A DNA stretch of 64,000 nt. It comes from an uncultured Gammaproteobacteria bacterium. Lineage in GTDB: Bacteria > Pseudomonadota > Gammaproteobacteria > DRLM01. This document shows, one piece after another, positions 1 through 11,245 of this stretch (positions are counted from its first letter, which is position 1; the number at the start of each line of letters is the position of its first letter). The notes beneath the pieces were generated by a model that did not search any database, was not told where the DNA came from, and saw only the letters and a list, made by a program, of their open reading frames with translations. The stretch covers positions 64,001 through 128,000 of the forward strand of contig CAVSNY010000002.1 in NCBI GenBank assembly GCA_963729605.1, read 5' to 3'. The position numbers were made by a program, and so were the translations under genes.

Positions 1-1200
<1,200 letters not shown>

Positions 1201-1226
1201 CGATGGAATCGAAGCGAGAGGCTGAC

Positions 1227-1655
1227 ATGTTGCATATCACAGAACGTATCGCCGACCCCATTCCCTGCAATACCTCGCTGACCCTGCCCTTCGACTTGCG
1301 GCAGAAGAGCCGGCAACGCGTGCAGTTGGACGACGGCCGCGAGGCGGCCTTGATATTGCCGCGCGGCGTGGTGTTGCGGGGCGGCGATAGCCTGCGCGCC
1401 GACGACGGCGAGTTGATCGCGGTGCGCGCCGCGGTGGAGGCGGTGTCCACCGCATCCAGCGATGATGCCCGGCTGTTGGCGCGCGCCGCTTATCATCTGG
1501 GCAATCGTCACGTACCGGTGCAGATCGGCGCGGGCTGGCTGCGTTACGGCCGCGACCACGTGCTGGACGACATGCTGCATGGTCTGGGCTTGGAGGTGCG
1601 GCACGAGGAATCGCCCTTCGAGCCGGAGTCCGGCGCCTATCAGCATGGACACTGA
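1227..1655 (+). CDS. ureE: urease accessory protein UreE
   Basis: Start taken at ATG 1227 after GAGAGG; motifs RQKSRQR, AAYHLGNRHVP, FEPESGAY; position after ureC. Confidence 0.93.
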   Translation: MLHITERIADPIPCNTSLTLPFDLRQKSRQRVQLDDGREAALILPRGVVLRGGDSLRADDGELIAVRAAVEAVSTASSDDARLLARAAYHLGNRHVPVQIGAGWLRYGRDHVLDDMLHGLGLEVRHEESPFEPESGAYQHGH

Positions 1656-2334
1656 ACTACATTCTCGCGACGGCGGCTTGTTGCGCCTGTTGCAATTGAC
1701 CAGCCCGGCCTTGCCCATCGGCGCCTTCGCCTATTCGCAAGGGCTGGAATACGCGGTACAGGCGCAATGGGTACATGATGAAACGTCGGCGCAGGCGTGG
1801 ATCCTCGGTGTGATGCGCGAAGGCGTGGCGCGTTTGGACGTACCGGTGCTGGTGCGTTTATATCGCGCCTGGTCGGTGAACGACGAGGATGCGCTGGATT
1901 ACTGGAGCGACTATCTGCGCGCCAGCCGCGAGGCGGCGGAGCTGCGGGAGGAAGACCGCCAATTGGGCATGGCCCTCGCCCGCTTGTTGCGCGATTTGGA
2001 AATCGCGGAGGCCGCGCCGTGGCTGACCCGGCCGCAAGCCAACTTGGCGACCCTGTTCGCCTTGGCGGCGGTGCGCTGGAATATTTCTTTGCGGGACGCC
2101 GTGAGCGGTTATCTGTGGTCGTGGACCGAGGCGCAAGTGGCGGCCGCCGTCAAGCTGGTGCCGCTGGGACAGACCGCGGGACAACGCATCCTGTCGCGTG
2201 CGGTGCTGGAGATTCCCGCGGCCGCGACGGCGGGATGGTCTTTGAGCGACGACGAAATCGGTTACGCCGCGCCGCGCCTCGCCATCGGCAGCGCGCTGCA
2301 CGAGGGCCAGTATTCGCGTTTGTTTCGGTCGTGA
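1645..2334 (+). CDS. ureF: urease accessory protein UreF
   Basis: ATG 1645 overlaps the ureE end; LQLTSPALPIGAFAYSQGLE, VKLVPLGQTAGQ, HEGQYSRLFRS. Confidence 0.95.
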   Translation: MDTELHSRDGGLLRLLQLTSPALPIGAFAYSQGLEYAVQAQWVHDETSAQAWILGVMREGVARLDVPVLVRLYRAWSVNDEDALDYWSDYLRASREAAELREEDRQLGMALARLLRDLEIAEAAPWLTRPQANLATLFALAAVRWNISLRDAVSGYLWSWTEAQVAAAVKLVPLGQTAGQRILSRAVLEIPAAATAGWSLSDDEIGYAAPRLAIGSALHEGQYSRLFRS

Positions 2335-2483
2335 ACGGATTGAAGCGCGGAGAAGGGCAAAGTTTGTAAGTCGGAATAGGATAGATGATGGGTGGGGCGC
2401 GTCCTTGGTTTCGTCCCGCTTCACTGTCTCCCAAACATTCCCTGCCCTCCATGGTTATCAAATATTATTTTGGAGATGAAGCG

Positions 2484-3116
2484 ATGACTCAATCCGTATT
2501 GCGCGTCGGTGTCGGCGGCCCGGTGGGTTCGGGCAAGACCGCCTTGATGCTGGCGCTCTGCCGCAGCCTGCGCAGCCGTTATCAAATCGCCGCGGTGACC
2601 AACGACATCTACACCAAGGAAGACGCGCAGTTCCTCACCCGCCACGAGGCGCTGAGTCCGGAACGGATCATCGGCGTCGAGACCGGCGGCTGTCCGCACA
2701 CCGCCATTCGCGAGGACGCCTCGATGAATCTCGCCGCCGTGGATGAATTGTGCCGGCGTTTTCCCGATTTGGATCTGGTGCTGATCGAGAGCGGCGGCGA
2801 CAACCTCAGCGCGACCTTCAGTCCCGAGTTGTCCGATCTGACCTTGTACGTGATCGACGTGGCGGCCGGCGATAAAATTCCGCGCAAGGGTGGTCCCGGC
2901 ATCACCAAATCCGATCTGCTGGTGATCAATAAAATCGATCTCGCGCCGCACGTCGGCGCCTCGCTGGAGGTGATGGATCAGGATGCGCGGCGCATGCGCG
3001 GCGCTAAGCCCTTTGTGTTCACCAATCTCAAAACCGGCACCGGCCTGGAGCTTGTGCAAGACTTCATCATCCGCGCCGGCATGTTGAGTTTGAACGGCGA
3101 AAAAATTTTCGCATGA
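2484..3116 (+). CDS. ureG: urease accessory GTPase UreG
   Basis: [10 protein letters not shown]-loop, [32 protein letters not shown]; GGAG upstream of ATG 2484. Confidence 0.97.
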   Translation: MTQSVLRVGVGGPVGSGKTALMLALCRSLRSRYQIAAVTNDIYTKEDAQFLTRHEALSPERIIGVETGGCPHTAIREDASMNLAAVDELCRRFPDLDLVLIESGGDNLSATFSPELSDLTLYVIDVAAGDKIPRKGGPGITKSDLLVINKIDLAPHVGASLEVMDQDARRMRGAKPFVFTNLKTGTGLELVQDFIIRAGMLSLNGEKIFA

Positions 3117-3120
3117 ACAA

Positions 3121-3247
3121 CGCACCAAAATTAATTCCCGACGCGGCGCACTGCCTCATCCTTGGTCGCAGTTAACGTCGCACCTCTCTCTCGTAATCGA
3201 TAAACGCTTGAAATGCGGATGCATTGGCTTTTGGCATGGAGCATGCA
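3121..3247 (+). promoter_or_regulatory. sigma54 promoter with IHF-like site and NtrC-like half sites
   Basis: TGGCATGGAGCATGCA at 3232-3247 (GG-N10-GC); TAAACGCTTGAAA at 3201-3213 (reverse strand TTTCAA-N4-TTA, IHF-like); CGCACCAAAA at 3121 (NtrC half-site-like). Confidence 0.7.
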
Positions 3248-3321
3248 AAATCCTGTTCGCATAGGTTTGGGGATGGGCATGCATCATCCGTCATAAGCAA
3301 AGTGATTTCGATAACGAGGAG

Positions 3322-4071
3322 ATGATTTCAATGAAATTGTGTTTTTCAAAAAAGCTGACGACTCTGGGCATGATGTCCGTCCTGGCGGGCGTGGCCTTGA
3401 CCGCGCCCACGACGGCTAGCGCGGACCTGACTGGCAATATTGGCGTATTTTCCAAATACGTCTTGCGGGGCATCACCAACACCACCGAGAACGACAACAC
3501 CACGGTACAAGGCGGCTTCGACTACAGCCACGCCAGCGGATTTTACGCGGGTTACTGGGGCTCCAACCTCGGCTACGGCAACGGCACCACCGCCACCGGC
3601 TTCGAAAACGACCTCTACGCCGGCTACGCCGGCCAGGCCGGCGACGCCAGCTACAGCCTCGGCCTCATCCAATACTACTACATGGAAGTCGAAGACTCCG
3701 ACGGCCTGGAATTCGTCGGCAGCGTCGGCTACGGCCCGATCAAGGCCGGCTTCAAATACCTCACCAACGACGTCGCCTGGGGCAACACCGGCGACATCTA
3801 CTGGACCGTGGATTATTCAGCGAGCCTGCCCATGGACTTCGGTTTCGGCGCGAGCCTCGGCTACTACACCTACGAAGATAGCGGCGACTTCATCGCCAGC
3901 TCGGCGAAAGACTCGGCGTTCCGGCATCTCAACCTCAGCCTCTCCCGCCCGATAGGCGATACCGGCGCCAACATGAACGTCACCTACGTCATCGGCGGCG
4001 AAGACCGCCAGGGCAACGACCAGAAAGACGCCCTGGTCCTCGGCATCACCTACGGCTTCGAGGTGAAGTAA
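3322..4071 (+). CDS. TorF/TIGR02001-like outer-membrane beta-barrel protein, copy 1
   Basis: Signal peptide ending ASA; motifs GNIGVFSKYVLRG, VQGGFDY, GFYAGYWGSN, ENDLYAGY; aromatic-rich strands; GAGGAG RBS (start may be 3331). Confidence 0.8.
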   Translation: MISMKLCFSKKLTTLGMMSVLAGVALTAPTTASADLTGNIGVFSKYVLRGITNTTENDNTTVQGGFDYSHASGFYAGYWGSNLGYGNGTTATGFENDLYAGYAGQAGDASYSLGLIQYYYMEVEDSDGLEFVGSVGYGPIKAGFKYLTNDVAWGNTGDIYWTVDYSASLPMDFGFGASLGYYTYEDSGDFIASSAKDSAFRHLNLSLSRPIGDTGANMNVTYVIGGEDRQGNDQKDALVLGITYGFEVK

Positions 4072-4103
4072 AGAACATCACGTGGCCGGCTTCCCGCCGG
4101 CCA
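3406..4103 (+). repeat. long direct repeat, copy 1 (partner 12626-13323)
   Basis: Base-by-base comparison at offset 9220: only two differences up to the stop codon (3417 T/C, 3717 C/A, both synonymous); similarity continues into the downstream hairpin. Confidence 0.97.
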
Positions 4104-4159
4104 CGTTGTATTCGCGGATCGTCGGTCGAGCCGGTCCTTTCATTTTAGGAGAACAGGTC

Positions 4160-5386
4160 ATGCCTGAAACATTAATCAAAGTCGATTTATCCAAGGCGCC
4201 GGAGGAGCAGAGCGCGGTCATTCACAATCGCTGGCATCCCGATATCCCCATGACGGCCTGGGTCAAAGCCGGCGCCGAATTCCGCGTCGAATGCGTGGAC
4301 TGGACCGGCGGGCAAATCGCCAACAACAACAGCGCGACCGACATTCGCGACGTCGATCTCACCAAGGTCCATTATCTCAGCGGCCCGATCGGCGTCGAGG
4401 GCGCCGAGCCCGGCGATTTGCTGGTGGTGGATATTCTGGATCTAGGCACGCTGGCCGAATCCGAGTGGGGCTTCACCGGTCTGTTCGCCAAGGAGAACGG
4501 CGGCGGCTTTCTCACCGATCATTATCCCGAGGCGCGCAAGGCCTGCTGGGATTTTCACGGCATCTATACCACCAGCCGCCACATTCCCAAAGTGCGTTTC
4601 GCCGGAATCATGCACCCCGGTCTGATCGGTTGTTTGCCTTCCGCCGAACTGCTCGCGCAATGGAATAAACGCGAGGCGGAGTTGGTGGCGACCAATCCGG
4701 AACGCGTGCCGCCCCTGGCGGCCTTGCCTTACGCGCCCACCGCGGTGATGGGCGGGATGAAAGGCGCTGCCGCCGCGGCGGCGGCCAAAGAGGGCGCGCG
4801 CACCGTGCCCCCCCGCGAACACGGCGGCAATTGCGATATCAAGAATCTCTCGCGTGGTTCCAAAGTGTATTTCCCTGTCTACGTCAAAGGCGGCGGCCTG
4901 TCGATGGGCGACATCCATTTCAGCCAGGGCGACGGCGAGATCACCTTTTGCGGCGCCATCGAAATGGCCGGCTACATCGATATTCACGTCGATGTCATCA
5001 AAGGCGGCATGGCCAAATACGGCATCACCAATCCGATCTTCCAGCCTAGCCCGATGGAGCCGCGTTACAGCAATTACCTCATCTTCGAAGGCATCTCGGT
5101 GGACGAGGCGGGCAAGCAATATTATCTGGACGCCCACGTCGCTTATCGCCGCGCCTGTTTGAACGCCATCGAATACATGAAGAAATTCGGCTACACCGGC
5201 GAGCAGGCCTACGCCATTCTCGGCACCGCGCCGGTGGAAGGCCACATCAGCGGTATCGTCGACATCCCCAATGCGTGCGCGACGCTGTGGCTGCCCACCG
5301 ATATCTTTGAGTTCGACATGAAGCCGAATGCGTCCGGCCCGATCGCCCATGTCGGCGGCGGCGTGGATCTGGCGCGGGTTGCTTGA
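4160..5386 (+). CDS. fmdA: formamidase (acetamidase/formamidase family)
   Basis: HNRWHPDIP, ECVDWTGGQI, HYLSGPIGVEGAEPGD, RTVPPREHGGNCDIKNL, GDIHFSQGDGEITFCGAIE; AGGAG RBS before ATG 4160; followed by fmdB. Confidence 0.93.
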   Translation: MPETLIKVDLSKAPEEQSAVIHNRWHPDIPMTAWVKAGAEFRVECVDWTGGQIANNNSATDIRDVDLTKVHYLSGPIGVEGAEPGDLLVVDILDLGTLAESEWGFTGLFAKENGGGFLTDHYPEARKACWDFHGIYTTSRHIPKVRFAGIMHPGLIGCLPSAELLAQWNKREAELVATNPERVPPLAALPYAPTAVMGGMKGAAAAAAAKEGARTVPPREHGGNCDIKNLSRGSKVYFPVYVKGGGLSMGDIHFSQGDGEITFCGAIEMAGYIDIHVDVIKGGMAKYGITNPIFQPSPMEPRYSNYLIFEGISVDEAGKQYYLDAHVAYRRACLNAIEYMKKFGYTGEQAYAILGTAPVEGHISGIVDIPNACATLWLPTDIFEFDMKPNASGPIAHVGGGVDLARVA

Positions 5387-5434
5387 CCAGGCAAACCCGC
5401 GGCGGCGTCGCATCCAGTAGAGGAGTTTTGAGCA

Positions 5435-5746
5435 ATGCCTTTGTACGAATATGTCTGCGATCACTGCGGCCCGTTCACGGACTTCGCCAAGATGGCCGAT
5501 TCGGCCCGGCCGGCGGATTGTCCCGAATGTGGAAGCGCGGCGCCGAGGATCATTTCGGCGCCGCGCCTGGCGATGGTCTCCAAATCCACTCGCGCCGCGC
5601 ATGAACGCAATGAGAAAAGCGCGCATGAACCGGTGATGGCGAAGAAGGGCGCCGGCAAGTGCAGTCATAGCGGTCCTTGCAATCATGGTCCGGCCAAGGC
5701 GGCGCCCGTCAAAACGCCGCAACGTCCTTGGATGTTGGGCCACTGA
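5435..5746 (+). CDS. fmdB: FmdB-family zinc-ribbon protein
   Basis: MPLYEYVCDHCG...CPECGS, AHERNEKSAHEP, C-terminal RPWMLGH; directly after fmdA. Confidence 0.9.
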   Translation: MPLYEYVCDHCGPFTDFAKMADSARPADCPECGSAAPRIISAPRLAMVSKSTRAAHERNEKSAHEPVMAKKGAGKCSHSGPCNHGPAKAAPVKTPQRPWMLGH

Positions 5747-5814
5747 AAGGGCCAATGACGGTTTGAGAAAATTCAAACCGGTTCGACCAAAAATTCAGAA
5801 TGTCTCCTGAGTTG

Positions 5815-5844
5815 AACGGCACCCTAATAAGGTGCCGTTTTTTT
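5815..5844 (+). terminator. intrinsic terminator after fmdB
   Basis: AACGGCACC / GGTGCCGTT stem followed by a T run. Confidence 0.8.
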
Positions 5845-6018
5845 ATGCGCCGTAGAACGACGGCGATAATTCGCGCACCATCGCGCGGCGATGCGCCCTC
5901 TCTCCTGCACCACGATCTCCAGGTTGTTTTGGAATACGCGGCGGATCCGAAAAAATATCGACGCACCTTATTCATCCACGTGTTCGCGCAAAATGGTTCG
6001 CGCGATTCGCGAGGTCCA

Positions 6019-6142
6019 TAACTTATTGAAGCCTTGCAACAAGCCTCGGCGAAGAGCGCGTTTTATTAGTGCGCGCGGCCCGTGACTCATGAGCGAACGC
6101 GAGCGGCAGAATAGTTCAGCGGCGAGTGGCATACAGGTTGCA
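6019..6142 (+). promoter_or_regulatory. sigma54 promoter of the amide ABC transporter-amiE operon
   Basis: TGGCATACAGGTTGCA at 6127-6142 (near-consensus -24/-12); IHF-like TAACTTATTGAAG at 6019-6031; NtrC-like CGCGTTTTATTAGTGCG at 6057-6073 and GCACC half-sites further upstream. Confidence 0.8.
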
Positions 6143-6233
6143 ATCTCAGTATCGCCAAGGTGCTCAAGAAGAAAGTCTCTTGCTGAGAGACGGCGTACTC
6201 GGAGCGAAGCAAAAACTTTTGTAGGGGGTAACA

Positions 6234-7469
6234 ATGAAGCAACATGAATTTATCGGTGGGTGGCGACGGTCGTTGGCGTTGACGCTGGGTCTATGCTTCG
6301 CCGCGGCGTCGCAATCCTTCGCCGCGCCGCCGACCGCGCAGGTCAACACCACGGGACTGGCCGTGACGGACAAAGAGGTCACGGTGGGCATTCTTCACTC
6401 GCTGACCGGCACGATGTCCATCAGTGAAACCGGTTCGGTCGAGGCCGAGAAATTGGCGATCGAGCAGATCAATAAAATGGGTGGCGTGCTCGGCCGGCAG
6501 ATCAAGATCGTGCAGGAAGACGGCGCCAGCGACTGGCCGACCTTCGCCGAAAAATCCAAGAAGCTTTTGGTGCAGGACAAAGTGGCGGCGGTGTTTGGTT
6601 GCTGGACCTCCGCGTCGCGCAAGGCGGTGTTGCCGGTGTTCGAAAAAGAGAACGGCTTGTTGTACTACCCGACCTTTTATGAAGGCCTGGAGCAATCGAA
6701 GAACGTGATCTACACCGGTCAGGAAGCCACGCAGCAGATCCTCGCCGGTTTGGACTGGGTGGCCAAGGAGAAAGGCGCCAAAACCTTTTACCTGATCGGC
6801 TCCGACTACATCTGGCCGCGCACCTCCATGAAGATCGCCCGCAAGCATATCGAGAACGTGCTCAAGGGCAAGGTGGTCGGCGAGGAATATGCGCCGCTCG
6901 GTCACACTCAATTCGGTTCCGTCATCAACAAAATCAAATTGAGGAAACCCGATGTGATCTACGCCGCGGTGGTGGGCGGCAGTAACGTGGCCTGGTTCAA
7001 GCAGCTCAAGGCCGCCGGTATCACCGGCGACAAGCAGACGCTGCTGACGATCTCGGTCACGGAAGACGAGGTGCTGGGCATCGGTGGTGAAAATCTGGTG
7101 GGCTTTTATTCGGCGATGAAATATTTCCAGAGCCTGGACAATCCCAATAACGCCGCCTTCGTGAAGGCCTTCAAGGAACGCTGGGGTGCCGACAGCGTGA
7201 TCGGCGACGTGACCCAGGCCGCGTATCTCGGTCCCTGGTTGTGGAAGGCCGCGGTGGAAAAGGCCGGCAGCTTCGACGTGAACAAGGTGACGGCGGCCTC
7301 GCCCGGCATCGAGTTGAAGACCGCGCCGGAAGGTTACGTCAAGGTCCATCCCAATCATCACTTGTGGAGCAAGGCCCGTATCGGTCAGTGGAAGGCCGAC
7401 GGTCAGGTGAAGCTGGTGTATGAATCCGCTTTGATCGAGCCCAATCCGTTTCCCGCGGGTTATCAATAA
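6234..7469 (+). CDS. urea/short-chain amide ABC transporter substrate-binding protein (UrtA/FmdD-like)
   Basis: Signal peptide; VGILHSLTGTMSISE, EDGASDWPTFAEK, FGCWTSASRKAVLP, YYPTFYEGLE; lies between formamidase and amidase. Confidence 0.9.
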   Translation: MKQHEFIGGWRRSLALTLGLCFAAASQSFAAPPTAQVNTTGLAVTDKEVTVGILHSLTGTMSISETGSVEAEKLAIEQINKMGGVLGRQIKIVQEDGASDWPTFAEKSKKLLVQDKVAAVFGCWTSASRKAVLPVFEKENGLLYYPTFYEGLEQSKNVIYTGQEATQQILAGLDWVAKEKGAKTFYLIGSDYIWPRTSMKIARKHIENVLKGKVVGEEYAPLGHTQFGSVINKIKLRKPDVIYAAVVGGSNVAWFKQLKAAGITGDKQTLLTISVTEDEVLGIGGENLVGFYSAMKYFQSLDNPNNAAFVKAFKERWGADSVIGDVTQAAYLGPWLWKAAVEKAGSFDVNKVTAASPGIELKTAPEGYVKVHPNHHLWSKARIGQWKADGQVKLVYESALIEPNPFPAGYQ

Positions 7470-7550
7470 GGGTAGTGCTTCGGCGCCGGCGGAGACCGGC
7501 GCCGAATTTCCAAGAGCAAACGGTTAAAAATATGTCCGAGGGGGCTAGCC

Positions 7551-8477
7551 ATGTTTGATGCGTACACTACGGCGGAACTGGGCAATATCTTCGTCATGCA
7601 GGGTTTCGCGGGCTTGAGCCTGTTCAGCGTGCTGCTGCTGATGGCTTTGGGTCTGGCGATCATCTTCGGCCAGATGGGCGTGATCAATATGGCCCACGGC
7701 GAATTCATGACCATCGGCGCCTACACCACGGTGATGTTATCGACCTTGACCCAGCAATATGCGCCCGGCTTTCTTTCCTATTACTTTTTCTTCGCCATCG
7801 CCTTGAGTTTTCTCATCGCCTTCGGCGTCGGTTATCTGGTGGAGCTGGGCATGATCCGCCATCTCTACAAGCGGCCCTTGGATACCTTGCTCGCCACCTG
7901 GGGCTTGAGCCTGATCATGCAGCAAATCTTCCGCTCCTCGTTCGGCGCCCGCGAAGTGAGCGCGACTTTGCCAGACTGGTTGATGGGCTCGTGGCAGCCG
8001 GTGGAGGGCATGGATATTCCGCTCAACGGCTTGTTCGTGATGGGCCTCGCCATTTGCGTGACCCTGGGCGTGGTGTTGTTCCTGTTCCGCTCGCGCTGGG
8101 GTTTGCGGGTGCGGGCCACCACGCAGAACCGCGTCATGAGCGGCGCGGTCGGCATCAATACCACCAAGGTCGATCGCGTGACCTTCGCGCTGGGCTGCGG
8201 CCTCGCCGGCATCGCCGGCGCGGCCTTCACCACCATCGCCTCCACCGGGCCGACCACCGGCTCGCTGTACATCGTCGACACGTTTTTAGTGGTGGTGTTC
8301 GGCGGCGCGCAGAGTTTGTTCGGCACCATCGCCTCGGCCTTCAGCATCGCCCAGGCGCAATCGGTCATGGAGTTCTTCATGGCCAGCTCGATGGCCAAGG
8401 TTCTCACCTTGATGACCATCATCGGGATACTCATGCTGCGGCCCGAGGGATTGTTTTCCATCAAGGTACGCAAGTAG
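7551..8477 (+). CDS. urea/amide ABC transporter permease (UrtB-like)
   Basis: LGLAIIFGQMGVINMAHGEF, LYKRPLDTLLATWG; hydrophobic. Confidence 0.9.
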   Translation: MFDAYTTAELGNIFVMQGFAGLSLFSVLLLMALGLAIIFGQMGVINMAHGEFMTIGAYTTVMLSTLTQQYAPGFLSYYFFFAIALSFLIAFGVGYLVELGMIRHLYKRPLDTLLATWGLSLIMQQIFRSSFGAREVSATLPDWLMGSWQPVEGMDIPLNGLFVMGLAICVTLGVVLFLFRSRWGLRVRATTQNRVMSGAVGINTTKVDRVTFALGCGLAGIAGAAFTTIASTGPTTGSLYIVDTFLVVVFGGAQSLFGTIASAFSIAQAQSVMEFFMASSMAKVLTLMTIIGILMLRPEGLFSIKVRK

Positions 8478-8501
8478 CCAACGCGGAGGTAAGCAACGAT
8501 T

Positions 8502-9728
8502 ATGAGCGCGATATACCGAAATCTGCTTGGCGGCCGCTCGGGGCTGATTGGCCTGGCCATCCTGGCCGGTTTGATCTTGGTGGTACTGCCGGCCATGCTC
8601 GACATCTTCCGGCTCAATCTGGTCGGTAAATATCTGACCTATGCCTTCGTCGCGGTGGGGCTGGTGTTGTGCTGGGGTTACGGCGGCATCTTGAGCCTGG
8701 GACAAGGCGTGTTCTTCGGACTCGGCGGTTATTGCATGGCGATGTTCCTCAAGCTCGAGGCCTCGGACCCGCAGAGCACGGCGATTCAAACCACGCCGGG
8801 CATTCCGGATTTCATGGACTGGAATCAGATCACCGCCCTGCCGTGGTTCTGGGAACCCTTCAACAATTTGGGCTTCACCTTGCTGGCGGTGCTGGTGGTC
8901 CCGACGGTGTTCGCTTATCTGATCGGTGTGGCGATGTTTAAGCGGCGGGTCGGCGGCGTGTATTTCGCCATCATCACCCAGGTGATCGCGGCGATCGTCA
9001 CCATCCTCATCGTCGGGCAGCAGGGGTATACCGGCGGCATCAACGGCATCACCGACTTGAGGACCTTGGGCGGCTGGGACATCCGCACTGATTCCGCCAA
9101 ATACATTTTGTATTACGTGAACGCGCTGCTGCTGTTCGGTTGCATATTGATCGGCCGCTACATCACCACCAGTAAATTCGGCCGCTTGCTGCTGGCGATG
9201 CGCGACAAAGAAGACCGGGTGCGTTTCTCCGGCTACGACGTCGCCGACTTCAAGATCTTCGTGTTCTGCGTCGGCGCGCTGTTCTCCGCCATCGGTGGCG
9301 CGATGTTCACCCTGCAGGTGGGGTTCATGTCGCCGTCGTTCGTCGGCATCGTACCTTCCATCGAGATGGTGATTTACACCGCGGTGGGCGGACGCTTGTC
9401 CTTGCTCGGCGCGGTCTACGGCACCTTGCTGGTGAATGCCGGCAAGACCGACTTCTCCGAAAGCTTCCCCGAGTTGTGGCTGTTCCTGATGGGCGGTTTG
9501 TTCATCGCGGTGGTGATGTTCTTCCCCAACGGCCTGGCGGGCATCTATGAGAAATACATTCAGCCCTATTTGTCGCTGCGTTATTTCCGCAAGCGGACGC
9601 CGAATGCGCCACCGCCGGCGGCGCCACCGCCCGCCGCGGCCAAGCGTAACGCATCGTCCAGCGGTGGTTTGACGCCCTCGGCGTTGCCCGGTACCACGGG
9701 ACGGGCCATGAAAAATCAGGAAAGCTGA
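8502..9728 (+). CDS. urea/amide ABC transporter permease (UrtC-like)
   Basis: WGYGGILSLGQG, PDFMDWN, GVYFAIITQ, TGGINGITD; Pro/Ala-rich C-terminal tail. Confidence 0.9.
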   Translation: MSAIYRNLLGGRSGLIGLAILAGLILVVLPAMLDIFRLNLVGKYLTYAFVAVGLVLCWGYGGILSLGQGVFFGLGGYCMAMFLKLEASDPQSTAIQTTPGIPDFMDWNQITALPWFWEPFNNLGFTLLAVLVVPTVFAYLIGVAMFKRRVGGVYFAIITQVIAAIVTILIVGQQGYTGGINGITDLRTLGGWDIRTDSAKYILYYVNALLLFGCILIGRYITTSKFGRLLLAMRDKEDRVRFSGYDVADFKIFVFCVGALFSAIGGAMFTLQVGFMSPSFVGIVPSIEMVIYTAVGGRLSLLGAVYGTLLVNAGKTDFSESFPELWLFLMGGLFIAVVMFFPNGLAGIYEKYIQPYLSLRYFRKRTPNAPPPAAPPPAAAKRNASSSGGLTPSALPGTTGRAMKNQES

Positions 9729-9738
9729 GGAGACCGCG

Positions 9739-10481
9739 ATGACCAATAACGACTTCATGCTGTCGGTGGAAGACCTCACCGTGTCTTTCGACGGCTTCAA
9801 GGCGGTGGACGCCCTCAATCTTTACGTCGATCGCAACGAACTGCGGGTGGTGATCGGTCCCAACGGCGCCGGCAAGACCACTTTGCTGGACTTGATCTGC
9901 GGCAAGACCAAGGCCACCGCCGGCTCGATCCGTTCAAAGGCAAGGAGCTCACCAAACTGGCGGAGCACGACATCGTGCGGTCCGGGGTGGGGCGCAAATT
10001 CCAGAATCCGTCCATCTACGAAAATCTTTCGGTGTTCGAGAATCTGGAAATCTCCTTCCCGCGCGGGCGCGGCGTATTCGGTTCGCTGGCCTTCCGCCGC
10101 ACGCCGGATGTGGTGGAGCGGGTCGAGGCGGTCGCCGAGGAGATTTTCCTCGTCGACCACCTCGACATGGAGGCCGGTCTGCTCAGTCACGGCCAGAAAC
10201 AATGGCTGGAGATCGGCATGCTGCTGATCCAGTCGCCGGAGCTGCTGATGCTGGACGAACCGGTGGCGGGCATGAGCGTCAAGGAGCGCGAGTTGACCGC
10301 CGAGCTGCTCAAGCGCATCTGTTTGAACCGCTCGGTGATCGTCATCGAACACGACATGGACTTCGTGCAGCGCATCGCCCACAAGGTGACGGTGCTGCAT
10401 CAGGGCAAGATGCTGGCGGAGGGCAGCATGGAAAAAGTCCAGGCCGACCCGCGGGTCATCGAAGTGTATTTGGGTCATTGA
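9739..10481 (+). pseudogene. UrtD-like ABC ATPase interrupted by a 1-bp frameshift at ~9931-9933 (real lesion or sequencing error)
   Basis: First frame gives Walker A GPNGAGKTT up to ..GSIR; the -1 frame continues FKGKELTKLAEHDIVRSGVGRKFQNP...LSHGQKQWLEIG...VIEVYLGH, colinear with the intact urtD at 17541. Confidence 0.85.
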
Positions 10482-10499
10482 GCGCGAGGAGCAGACAAC

Positions 10500-11189
10500 A
10501 TGTTCGCAGTCGACGGGTTGACGGTGAGTTACGGGCAGAGTGAGGTCATCCACGGCGTGAGTTTCAAGGCCGCCAAAAACGAGACCATCGCCATCATGGG
10601 CCGTAACGGCATGGGCAAGACCACCCTCTTCAAATCCATGATGGGTATCCTGCCTTCCAAGCAGGGCAGAGTGGAAGTGGACGGCGTCGACGTCGCCGGC
10701 ATGGAGAGCCATCGCCGGGTGCGCAGCGGCATGGCCTACGTGCCGCAGGGCCGCTGGATATTTCCTGCCCTTACCGTGCAGGAAAATATCGAGACCGGTT
10801 TGGAGAAATCCAAGACCAAAAAAATCCCCGAGGACATCTACGCGCTGTTTCCGGTGTTGTTCGACATGCGCAAGCGGAAGGGTGGCAATCTGTCCGGCGG
10901 CCAGCAGCAGCAATTGGCGATCGCGCGCGCCCTGGTCACCGATCCCAAGGTGTTGCTGCTCGACGAGCCCACCGAGGGTATCCAGCCGTCCATCATTAAG
11001 GACATCGCCAAGGTGCTCAACGAGATCCGCAAGCTGCGCGAGATCACCATCATCGTCTCGGAGCAGGTGCTGAGTTTCACCTTGGAGATCGCCGACCGGC
11101 TGATCGTCATCGACAAGGGCAAGTTCATCCACGAGGACCTGCGCGCCAACGTGGACACCGCCAAGATCAGCCAGTATCTCTCGGTGTAA
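10500..11189 (+). CDS. urea/amide ABC transporter ATPase (UrtE-like)
   Basis: [42 protein letters not shown]. Confidence 0.92.
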   Translation: MFAVDGLTVSYGQSEVIHGVSFKAAKNETIAIMGRNGMGKTTLFKSMMGILPSKQGRVEVDGVDVAGMESHRRVRSGMAYVPQGRWIFPALTVQENIETGLEKSKTKKIPEDIYALFPVLFDMRKRKGGNLSGGQQQQLAIARALVTDPKVLLLDEPTEGIQPSIIKDIAKVLNEIRKLREITIIVSEQVLSFTLEIADRLIVIDKGKFIHEDLRANVDTAKISQYLSV

Positions 11190-11245
11190 CGAGCGCATTC
11201 AACAGCGGCCAACTTTCAATAGAGCTGAGTAAAGGAGAGCTTACG

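Noticed and set aside
1600-1655. UreE ends in a very short His tail (QHGH)
   Set aside because: Tail length is known to vary widely among UreE proteins.
2335-2483. Imperfect pairing TGAAGCG/CGCTTCA in the ureF-ureG spacer
   Set aside because: Too short and no recognisable RNA motif.
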